This document shows positions 9,347 through 16,475 of a stretch of 64,000 nt of DNA, piece by piece. Origin of the DNA: a virus. The stretch lies in the IMG/VR virus record IMGVR_UViG_3300037454_000146, positions 35,374 to 99,373 of that record. One strand, written 5' to 3'. A program made the position numbers and the translations under genes. Position 1 is the first letter of the stretch. The number at the start of each line of letters is the position of its first letter. The notes below the pieces were generated by a model. It worked only from the letters and a program-made list of their open reading frames with translations. It did no database searches and was not told the DNA's origin.

Positions 9347-11335
9347 TTATTCAATAATCTGTATGTTATCGGGCAAGCATACGGTATTAATGTTTGCCTC
9401 ATAAAACGCTGTCGAACATATCTGAGTGACTATTTTACCATTAAGTGTATTAGGAATCTGCGGATTCTTATAATTACCAATATATGCAATAATGATAGCT
9501 TTGCCATTTTCAATTGTATAAATATAATCCGCTTCGCTTGTCGGGTCGTACTCGTCGGGTATATCACGAGCACAACGATACTGCTCAGAATCTTCAAATA
9601 TAGATGTGTCGCCGCCGCTTTGTGCGAGATAATACTCAATCTGAATATTATCAACGTCCGCACATTCAGCCCACGAGAACGTGAAACGTGTCGGTATTTT
9701 GTAATAATCTTCCTGATATTCCACAGATGGACTCTCCACTATATTGACAACCCAAACGTCGCCCTTTTGCGATTTTAACAAGAACGGGTGAGGGGCGGAG
9801 ATAAACTCGCGCCAAGCCCTTACAAGAGAAATGTCATCGTGATATTTGTGGTCGCAACAATTGAAATATCCAACATAACCCGATAGCGTACCAGTCATGT
9901 AGTTGACCTCTGTCGAGGACATGGTGGTATATTTACTATATCCGACCTGAAGAACGTTGCCAAGATTCTGCGCAACCGTTGTGTTTTCTATATCACATAT
10001 AAACTTCCAAGTATCTGTGAGCGTGTAACTGTTTTCGCCATTAGGCTCAAGGGCTGAAATGAAATATCCGTCAAAATTCGTCTTGACATTACAGTGGCTT
10101 ATGCTACGCAGATAAGGTTGACCCGTTGTTGCATTATAAGGAATTGTAGTATATTCATAATTGCCTTTAGTAGAAACCTTGAAGTCAAATTGAACTTCTT
10201 TGCCAGTTAAGCGCACGGTTTTGCCTGTATTGAGGTCTGTACGATAATATCGAGTGCTTCCACCCGCATTGTTCTTATCGTAACAACAACCATAGCCGTT
10301 AATAGGATGCCATACGTGAGTAATTTCGATGGGCGAGTAGTCGTCAATTCCTTCTATATCAATCATCGTATATGCGGAATAAGTTACGTTATCCTGAGTA
10401 ACCATATCGCAAACCACACGATAATACACCTTGGATATATCTTCGCCTTCATCATCTATAAATCTGGCAAAACAATTCTTGAATAAGTATTCCAATCTCT
10501 GAGAGAATATTTTACCCGATTTCTCAATCTCGATAGCTGAAGCCGATTCTGTATCACTCGTTTGTGCATAGAGCGTCATCTCATAATACTTTATAGGCGT
10601 GTTATTTGCCTGTGAGTAAGCGCCTGTAACATACAAACTATCATCAGGATTATGTTGATACCCTAATTCGAGCGTCAAACTCGGCAGAGCACGGCACATG
10701 AAATAATATTGCGGGCTGATAAGATAATTTGAATATATTTGATAGCGTGCGCCCGTAGTCGGCAAATTCGTGAACGCCGAGTCTATCGTGACCGCGCCAT
10801 ACTGGTCGTATGTGTCCGCTGGCAGATAATTCTCGATAAACCGCCTCTCGCCGTTTATCTCTATCACCATGCCAGCCATCACCACATCGTCAACCTTCGT
10901 GGGGTAATACTTGCCGTCGTTGCCGTTATAGCCCCACTCATACAGCGGCAAATGTTTGTCAATGAAAAGCACCGTGGGACTGCCCGAGCCGCCGCTCTGA
11001 ATAGACCCGCGACATACGGGAATGTCGTACAAATTATTCTCGCCCGCAAGGTCGCGTTGCGCCATCATCACTTGCCACACGTAGTCGTGACCGTCCGTAA
11101 GCCCTTGTGCGCTGGTCGCCATTGTTATTTGGTCGCCGTTAAACGCGGGACAACCGCCGTGGCTTTCCATTGCTTCGCCCCAATAGCCAATACCGATTTT
11201 TTCGCCAGTCGCCATATCCGTCGCTTTAATGTTGTAGTACGAGAGCCTGTCTCCGTTGAACGTGAAGGACATAACCGTTGAGTTCGCAGGTTTCGCCGTG
11301 TTCTCAGGACTTACATTTGTTGGGTATTGTAGCAA
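9347..11335 (-). CDS. large tail protein with C-terminal BspA-type leucine-rich repeat
   Basis: Start proposed at TTG 11335, 7 nt after AAAGGAGG (11350-11343). The track starts at 11368. C-terminus (IIAYIGNYKNPQIPNTLNGKIVTQICSTAFYEANINTVCLPDNIQIIE) looks like an LRR_5/BspA repeat. Confidence 0.5.
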   Translation of the reverse strand: MLQYPTNVSPENTAKPANSTVMSFTFNGDRLSYYNIKATDMATGEKIGIGYWGEAMESHGGCPAFNGDQITMATSAQGLTDGHDYVWQVMMAQRDLAGENNLYDIPVCRGSIQSGGSGSPTVLFIDKHLPLYEWGYNGNDGKYYPTKVDDVVMAGMVIEINGERRFIENYLPADTYDQYGAVTIDSAFTNLPTTGARYQIYSNYLISPQYYFMCRALPSLTLELGYQHNPDDSLYVTGAYSQANNTPIKYYEMTLYAQTSDTESASAIEIEKSGKIFSQRLEYLFKNCFARFIDDEGEDISKVYYRVVCDMVTQDNVTYSAYTMIDIEGIDDYSPIEITHVWHPINGYGCCYDKNNAGGSTRYYRTDLNTGKTVRLTGKEVQFDFKVSTKGNYEYTTIPYNATTGQPYLRSISHCNVKTNFDGYFISALEPNGENSYTLTDTWKFICDIENTTVAQNLGNVLQVGYSKYTTMSSTEVNYMTGTLSGYVGYFNCCDHKYHDDISLVRAWREFISAPHPFLLKSQKGDVWVVNIVESPSVEYQEDYYKIPTRFTFSWAECADVDNIQIEYYLAQSGGDTSIFEDSEQYRCARDIPDEYDPTSEADYIYTIENGKAIIIAYIGNYKNPQIPNTLNGKIVTQICSTAFYEANINTVCLPDNIQIIE

Positions 11336-11389
11336 GTTACCGCCTCCTTTCATATAGTTTAGGCGCACACCGAAGTATGCGCCTGTTAG

Positions 11390-14300
11390 TTATCTGCGCG
11401 GCTTGAATACCTGACTTTCGGTCAGAACCGTCTGCATATAGGATTCCATTTGTCTCGCGAATTGCTCCGCGTTCTGTACGTTGGGGAGATTGATTACTGT
11501 GCCGTTAAATGTGACCGCGTTTGCCGTGTCGGATTTCTTGCCCAAATTCTGTGCGATTCGCATATTGCCCGTAATAGCAGAAGGTGTTAGCGCGGGAGAG
11601 TTGTGTAGCGCATTATAGAGCTTTGCCGCATCGGTCGAATTGAGCACGAGCTCGGGGCGTTGCTTTGTTCCGTGGAGCATTGCAAGTCCCGTATAAGTAT
11701 TCACTCCGCCGTCTGCGTATGCGCCTATTTTTCGTAAATATGCGTCCCAAGCCGAATTAACATCTTGATTATACTTAGACAAATCTTCTTTAACGATAGC
11801 TCTCCTAATACCATATTCGTCTACCTCTAACCTATCAAGTCTCTTTTCAATATCGTCTATGCGGTTGTCATAAGAAGAATAGTCCATACCCGCAACAGAC
11901 TCATTGAGTTCATCTTGGGCTTGAGTTAATTTGCTTATGATAGTCGAATACTTTTTATAAAACGAATCAAGATTTCGAGCCATATCGCCCTCGTCACTAC
12001 CCATGCTTAATGAAATATTGTAGGCTTCTTTATAAAAATCTTGAACCGAGTCTTTGGCTTCTTTCGCAACATTTTGCACCTTAGATTTGTATTCTTGCCA
12101 TTTCTTAATTTCTTTATCAACGGCTGCAATCTGTTTGTTTGAGGCTTCGATACTCTTATTTACAGCCACCATTTCTACATTAGAAACACGACTGAGCTCG
12201 TCGGCATACTTATCATATTCCGTTTCGTAATCATTAAGAATATCTAAGTCCTGCTCGGCAATCTTATCACGCCAATCAGCACCAAGTATCTGCTCGGCAA
12301 GTCGCTCATCTTCTGCTTTTTGCCTTTTTTGAGTAACACCTTCCCATTGTTTCAGATATTCCTCTAAGACCTTAATATCTTGATTAGCTTGCGCCTTATC
12401 TACTTCCCGTTGAGCCTTATCAATATCTGACTTCTTAGCCTCATACTGCCAACCGCCCGCTTCTGTATAGGTACGAACTTTCTTGTTTTTAGCATTTTCG
12501 AGATTTGCAAGTTTCTCCGCGAGGTCAAGAGCTTCTTCACGCTCCTCGTTCTGCTCCTTAATTGCTTCAATCTGTTCCTTGATAGCGTTTTGAACGGTAT
12601 TTGCAACCTTTTCGTAATTCTCAGTAATTTCTTCGAGAGCGTCTTTCTGTTCCTGCAAGACCGTGAGTTGCTCCTCCATTGCTTCTTTAGAGGCTTCAAT
12701 AGCAGATTTTTCAGCTTCATAACCCTCTATAACGGAATCAATTTTGTATTCCTGTGCCTTTAAAAGAGTGTCCGCTTCTTCATTGAGTTCTTTAGTAAGA
12801 TTGTTAAGCGCTTGCTGACGGTCTACTGTGTCACCAAGACTTCCGTTGTAATATTGCAACACAACATTATTGCGATCCCAATCCTCTCCAATCTCAACAA
12901 CTTTTTGTTCTGCCGTCTCTAACTGATTCTGCAATTCAACGTATTGATAATAGTTAGGATTGTGAGAGTTTTTACGCATTTCAGACCACGTGTTCATTTC
13001 AGCCCGAATTGAAGCTACTTCTTCTTGCGCGGCTTTTTTAGCATTAAGCAACTCAATTTGTTTGAGCTCTATAGATTGAATTTGTTTTTGAATATAAGCA
13101 TCTTTCAGGTCAATAAGTTGTTGCTCTGTGACTTTAAATTGTCCACTAATACTATCAAAACTTGCAGGACTTAAATATTTAGTGCCTAATTCGTCATCCA
13201 ACTTATACAAGTCCATAAATGCATCTCTGTCAATACCGTTGCCATTAGCAAGCGTCTGAAGTGCTGACTTCATAGCGTCGATATTCTTTAACGTCGTTTT
13301 CTTTAATTCGTCATAGCTTTCATACCAAGCCTCAGACATACTTTCGATTGCTGTAATTGCACCAGAAGCTCCTGTTTCAAAGGAAGAAAACAATGAATCT
13401 ACGTCTTGTTGCAAAGAAGGATAGTCTGCCCCAATTTTATTTAGCTCTTGCCTAATCTCATCAAGGCTTTGCGCCGCTTGTCTCTTTTTTATAGTGGTAT
13501 TATCACCCGCAATAACGTGATTTAATTCTTTGGCTTTATCAATCAAAGAATTGTAATTATCTAATACGTCTTGTGGAACTTCAAACGAATTATAATATTT
13601 GGTTTGACGCTCCATTTGGTCGGCATCGGCTTTATCAACTTCATATTTTGCTCTTGCCGCTACGTATTGCGCCATTAAGCCCTTATAAATATCTTCGTCA
13701 TATCCGTCGATTTCTTTATAAGTGTCGGCTATTTTTTTCCAGCCCTCAACTTGCTCCTCTAAAGTACCCATAACTGCAATGTCAGCTTCTTTGCCCCACA
13801 TATCAGTAGCTATATGGTCAAAAGCAACCCCTGTGTCATGGAACAGCTTTAACATATTAGACAAGTCGGTTGTTGTATCGGCTTTTATCTTTGCACGATA
13901 AAATTGAGTTGAATCAGAATCGGCAATTCTTGCATTTTTGTCAGTACCCTCAAGCGATTCAACGGCTTGTTTGTACCTCTTTTGATTTTCGGTATCGAAA
14001 ATGTAATCTTCAACCTTTTCTTTTTTTAACTGTCTTATCTTTTCAATTTCTTCCGATAATTTGCCATTAACCAAATCAATACCCTCGGCTTCTTCGCCAT
14101 ATTTGGATATTAATTCGCCTTGCATTGAAGATAATTCCTTTTGGATTCCAACTAAATCATCTGTAGAAGTATAAAGTTGAAGGTATCTATCCATTATTGA
14201 ATCTAACGAATTGATTTCCTCGCCCATAGCCTCTATAGATTGATGACCAGAATCGCGCAACTCTTTTGCGGCTTCAGCAGCTTTTTCTTCTGCGTGATAC

Positions 14301-14623
14301 CACTCGTCAATTTGTTTAACAACTAATGATAAAGCATAACTTAACCCAAATGATATAGCCGCATTAAGAGCTGCGGTTGCAACTTGTAATGCAATAGTCT
14401 TAGCACGAGCAACCACGAGGGATTTGACATACCCGCCCATTGTTGCTTCTGCACCATTAAGCCCTGATAGATAATTTTTTAGTCCGACATTCGAGCCGCT
14501 AATCTCATCATCAAAAGCCTCTTGGACATATTTAGCTTTATTAAGAGAATAGTTATAATCGTCTAAACTCGTTGTTATCTTCTTTATATCATTGCCAAAT
14601 TTACTAATGTCAGAACCGAATAT
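11390..14623 (-). CDS. tail tape measure protein, exon 2 (1,077 codons)
   Basis: No Shine-Dalgarno before ATG 14626. In frame with exon 1 after the predicted splice at 14624/14623. Long coiled-coil with hydrophobic helices near the N-terminus (TIALQVATAALNAAISFGLSYALSLVV). Confidence 0.7.
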   Translation of the reverse strand: MFGSDISKFGNDIKKITTSLDDYNYSLNKAKYVQEAFDDEISGSNVGLKNYLSGLNGAEATMGGYVKSLVVARAKTIALQVATAALNAAISFGLSYALSLVVKQIDEWYHAEEKAAEAAKELRDSGHQSIEAMGEEINSLDSIMDRYLQLYTSTDDLVGIQKELSSMQGELISKYGEEAEGIDLVNGKLSEEIEKIRQLKKEKVEDYIFDTENQKRYKQAVESLEGTDKNARIADSDSTQFYRAKIKADTTTDLSNMLKLFHDTGVAFDHIATDMWGKEADIAVMGTLEEQVEGWKKIADTYKEIDGYDEDIYKGLMAQYVAARAKYEVDKADADQMERQTKYYNSFEVPQDVLDNYNSLIDKAKELNHVIAGDNTTIKKRQAAQSLDEIRQELNKIGADYPSLQQDVDSLFSSFETGASGAITAIESMSEAWYESYDELKKTTLKNIDAMKSALQTLANGNGIDRDAFMDLYKLDDELGTKYLSPASFDSISGQFKVTEQQLIDLKDAYIQKQIQSIELKQIELLNAKKAAQEEVASIRAEMNTWSEMRKNSHNPNYYQYVELQNQLETAEQKVVEIGEDWDRNNVVLQYYNGSLGDTVDRQQALNNLTKELNEEADTLLKAQEYKIDSVIEGYEAEKSAIEASKEAMEEQLTVLQEQKDALEEITENYEKVANTVQNAIKEQIEAIKEQNEEREEALDLAEKLANLENAKNKKVRTYTEAGGWQYEAKKSDIDKAQREVDKAQANQDIKVLEEYLKQWEGVTQKRQKAEDERLAEQILGADWRDKIAEQDLDILNDYETEYDKYADELSRVSNVEMVAVNKSIEASNKQIAAVDKEIKKWQEYKSKVQNVAKEAKDSVQDFYKEAYNISLSMGSDEGDMARNLDSFYKKYSTIISKLTQAQDELNESVAGMDYSSYDNRIDDIEKRLDRLEVDEYGIRRAIVKEDLSKYNQDVNSAWDAYLRKIGAYADGGVNTYTGLAMLHGTKQRPELVLNSTDAAKLYNALHNSPALTPSAITGNMRIAQNLGKKSDTANAVTFNGTVINLPNVQNAEQFARQMESYMQTVLTESQVFKPRR

Positions 14624-14660
14624 CATATATTAAAAATCGTTTTTTTATTTGATTTTTAAC

Positions 14661-14689
14661 TTGACAAATTAGAAAATATTTGTTATAAT
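14661..14689 (+). promoter_or_regulatory. consensus sigma-A promoter for the zinc-ribbon gene
   Basis: TTGACA (14661-14666), 17-nt spacer, TATAAT (14684-14689). Confidence 0.7.
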
Positions 14690-14714
14690 ATAATAGAAGA
14701 AAGGGGTTGATGTT

Positions 14715-15230
14715 ATGAAAAATAATCTTATCAACGAAATTAAAAAATATTCAATCGCAGATTTAAAGATTATATTAGACACTCAACAAGATTTATATAC
14801 CATTGACGAGATGAACATTATTAGAGATTATTATGAAAAGTGTAAAAATGAATACATATCTAAGCACACACCAAAGCTAATCCCTTGCCCTAAATGTGAC
14901 GCGCAAAATGATTTTAATTCTACAACTTGCACATATTGTGGTCAACCTATAAACAACAAACCTTATTTAGATAGAATATGCAACGAAATGCTTGGGATTA
15001 TAACCGCAGAAGATGTGAAAGACGACAACGATGATTATAATGGCAAATCCCCCTCGTTCTTATTCCAGTATATAATCAGCTTCATAATACCTCTTATTGG
15101 TTTAATTGTAGGTGGCGTGTTTATTGCAAGCGATGACGAAGATAAGAACGCGTCGGGCAAGATTTGTATTGCGATTAGCATTATATCTATCATTGTAAGC
15201 ACCACTCTATATGTTTTAATATCAAAATAA
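14715..15230 (+). CDS. zinc-ribbon membrane protein (moron; possible exclusion or defence factor)
   Basis: CPKC...CTYC zinc ribbon and two C-terminal TM helices (FLFQYIISFIIPLIGLIVGGVFI; ICIAISIISIIVSTTLYVLI). AAAGGGG RBS. Opposite strand to all flanking late genes. Confidence 0.6.
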   Translation: MKNNLINEIKKYSIADLKIILDTQQDLYTIDEMNIIRDYYEKCKNEYISKHTPKLIPCPKCDAQNDFNSTTCTYCGQPINNKPYLDRICNEMLGIITAEDVKDDNDDYNGKSPSFLFQYIISFIIPLIGLIVGGVFIASDDEDKNASGKICIAISIISIIVSTTLYVLISK

Positions 15231-15234
15231 CCTC

Positions 15235-15263
15235 TTGACAAAATCTCTTGCTTGTGCTATAAT
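15235..15263 (+). promoter_or_regulatory. consensus sigma-A promoter for the repeat RNA and toxN-like gene
   Basis: TTGACA (15235-15240), 17-nt spacer, TATAAT (15258-15263). Confidence 0.7.
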
Positions 15264-15292
15264 AACCTTGCGGAGCAATCCGCACCGTGTCG

Positions 15293-15382
15293 TGTCGCTC
15301 CCGATTAGCGTCTAATAAATCATCGGATATGAATGTTTGTCGCTCTCTGATATGCGACTAATAAATCGTCAGACTCAAATCT
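15293..15382 (+). ncRNA. candidate type III antitoxin RNA: two imperfect ~45-nt tandem repeats
   Basis: Repeat units start at 15293 and 15338. Both begin TGTCGCTC and share the core GCG(T/A)CTAATAAATC(A/G)TC(G/A)GA. They lie between the promoter and the toxN-like ORF. Confidence 0.55.
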
Positions 15383-15408
15383 AAAGCCTTGCCTAATCGC
15401 AGGGCTTT
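15383..15408 (+). terminator. hairpin between repeat RNA and toxin ORF (attenuator-type terminator)
   Basis: AAAGCCUUGC-CUAAUC-GCAGGGCUUU, a 10-bp stem with one G.U pair. Only a weak U tract follows. Confidence 0.4.
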
Positions 15409-15425
15409 ACTATTAGGAGTATTTT

Positions 15426-15878
15426 ATGATTACAGGTCACTTCTATTTTCTCAAGCCAGAATATACACAACAATTTGCAAATCCAAAGTTTATGAATAAC
15501 AATGAACATAACCGCCCGTATTTCTGTGCCTTTACAGAGGATAGCCACATCTTTTGGCTTGTGCCGATTTCCTCTAAAGTGGATAAATTTGAACGTATTT
15601 ACAACAATAAAGTTGGTCGTTATGGTAAGTGTGACACCATTGATTTCTGCCACATCCTCGGCAGAAAGAAAGCGGTTTTAATCCAGAATATGTGTCCTGT
15701 AACACAAGAGTTTATTTTGAATGAGTATAACGATCCGCATGGTAAGCCAGTACAACTTTGTGAGAAAGTGCGCAAGCGCATTACTCATAAAGCAAAGAAA
15801 GTCCTCGTTCTTCACCGCAAAGGCGTTGACCTGTTGTTTGGGGACGTTCTAAAAATTAAAAAAGAATTATCAAAATAG
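15426..15878 (+). CDS. ToxN/AbiQ-family (type III TA) endoribonuclease toxin-like protein
   Basis: 150 aa. N-terminal FYFLKPEYTQQF, then NRPYFCAF...IFWLVPISSKVDKF. This resembles the ToxN/AbiQ pattern (FY..S.KY..YL ... Y.APLTSPK.K) as recalled from memory. TAGGAG RBS. Preceded by tandem repeats and a hairpin. Confidence 0.65.
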   Translation: MITGHFYFLKPEYTQQFANPKFMNNNEHNRPYFCAFTEDSHIFWLVPISSKVDKFERIYNNKVGRYGKCDTIDFCHILGRKKAVLIQNMCPVTQEFILNEYNDPHGKPVQLCEKVRKRITHKAKKVLVLHRKGVDLLFGDVLKIKKELSK

Positions 15879-15884
15879 TTGAAT

Positions 15885-16475
15885 ATCGTACCCCTAATTC
15901 CATTCACTGAGACTGAATTATGAGGTGATGAAAAAATGAGTTTTGTTTATAAACCCGTACACGTTAGAGCATATTATCGTATACGTTACGGCGCACTGGA
16001 ATATGTGCGTGAACACTATCGCTCATATCCCATAAGATAATGGGAGTTCACCAGTAATTTGGTCAGGATTCAAACTCTTTAATCCAGTGGACGGAACTAA
16101 GGGTACGATTTTTCTGCTTTCTCCACGCTTGCAGTAGCGCAAAACAATAGGGGAGAATCCTCTTTGAAACCAACGCATTTCTGCGCCTATGGACTATATC
16201 TTTGTGGTGTTACGCCACAGCTTCTTTTAGTCTCTGAACCTTCCCTTGCGGGCTTGGCTGCTGATTAACCGTTAAACAACCTTTAGCTTTTGAGCATGGG
16301 TTATCCGCATAATTTTTTCTGCTTTCGCAACATTCACGCTTGCAACCAGTGGTTGCTACGTTGTAGTCTACGCGGCTTTGGGTACTTCCAGCAATTAAAA
16401 AGCTCATTTGTGAGGGACGTATCACCCCGCAACAATTTCGTAACAATGCGAGGTTAGGCATATTCGGTTAGGTTT
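15885..16475 (-). ncRNA. group I ribozyme core and peripheral stems
   Basis: Minus-strand elements: P AAUUGCUGGAAG (16396-16385), Q AAUCAGCAGCC (16266-16256), R GGUUCAGAGACUAAA (16240-16226), S AAGAUAUAGUCC (16202-16191). GNRA hairpin CCCGCAAGGG (16252-16243). A 17-bp closing stem pairs 16109-16093 with 15901-15885. Confidence 0.75.
15936..16040 (+). CDS. possible 34-aa basic peptide (MSFVYKPVHVRAYYRIRYGALEYVREHYRSYPIR)
   Basis: GAGGTGA 7 nt upstream of the ATG. Lies inside a peripheral stem-loop of the intron on the opposite strand and may be fortuitous. Confidence 0.2.
   Translation: MSFVYKPVHVRAYYRIRYGALEYVREHYRSYPIR

Larger units (their letters stand above)
14624..16475 (-). mobile_element. 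group I intron in the tape-measure gene (ribozyme core plus 1.26 kb of antisense cargo)
   Basis: P1: exon UAGGU (16480-16476) pairs with GCCUA, with a U.G wobble at the splice site. P10: GAAUAU (16465-16460) pairs with exon-2 AUAUUC (14623-14618). Omega-G is 14624. Core elements P/Q/R/S are present (see findings). Confidence 0.8.

Noticed and set aside
9122-11281. Plus-strand ORFs (9122..9778 and 10739..11281) inside the large tail protein gene. Similar antisense ORFs occur inside the tape measure (16912-18828), capsid, portal, terminase and polymerase genes.
   Set aside because: These are shadow ORFs on the opposite strand of long, well-supported genes. They lack RBS motifs and have skewed, low-complexity translations.
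15293-15382. Tandem repeats considered as a possible mini-CRISPR array.
   Set aside because: There are only two adjacent units with no spacers and no cas genes. Their position between a promoter and a ToxN-like ORF fits a type III antitoxin instead. I saw no CRISPR array anywhere in the window.
15393-15653. 86-aa minus-strand ORF antisense to the toxN-like gene.
   Set aside because: It has no RBS, lies inside the intron and overlaps a better-supported plus-strand gene. Likely spurious.
16210-16461. 83-aa minus-strand ORF, plus the 17-codon tail of the 16422..18989 ORF, lying over the intron core.
   Set aside because: It coincides with the P/Q/R/S ribozyme elements, has no RBS, and is explained by read-through of the unspliced frame. 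Treated as non-coding intron RNA.
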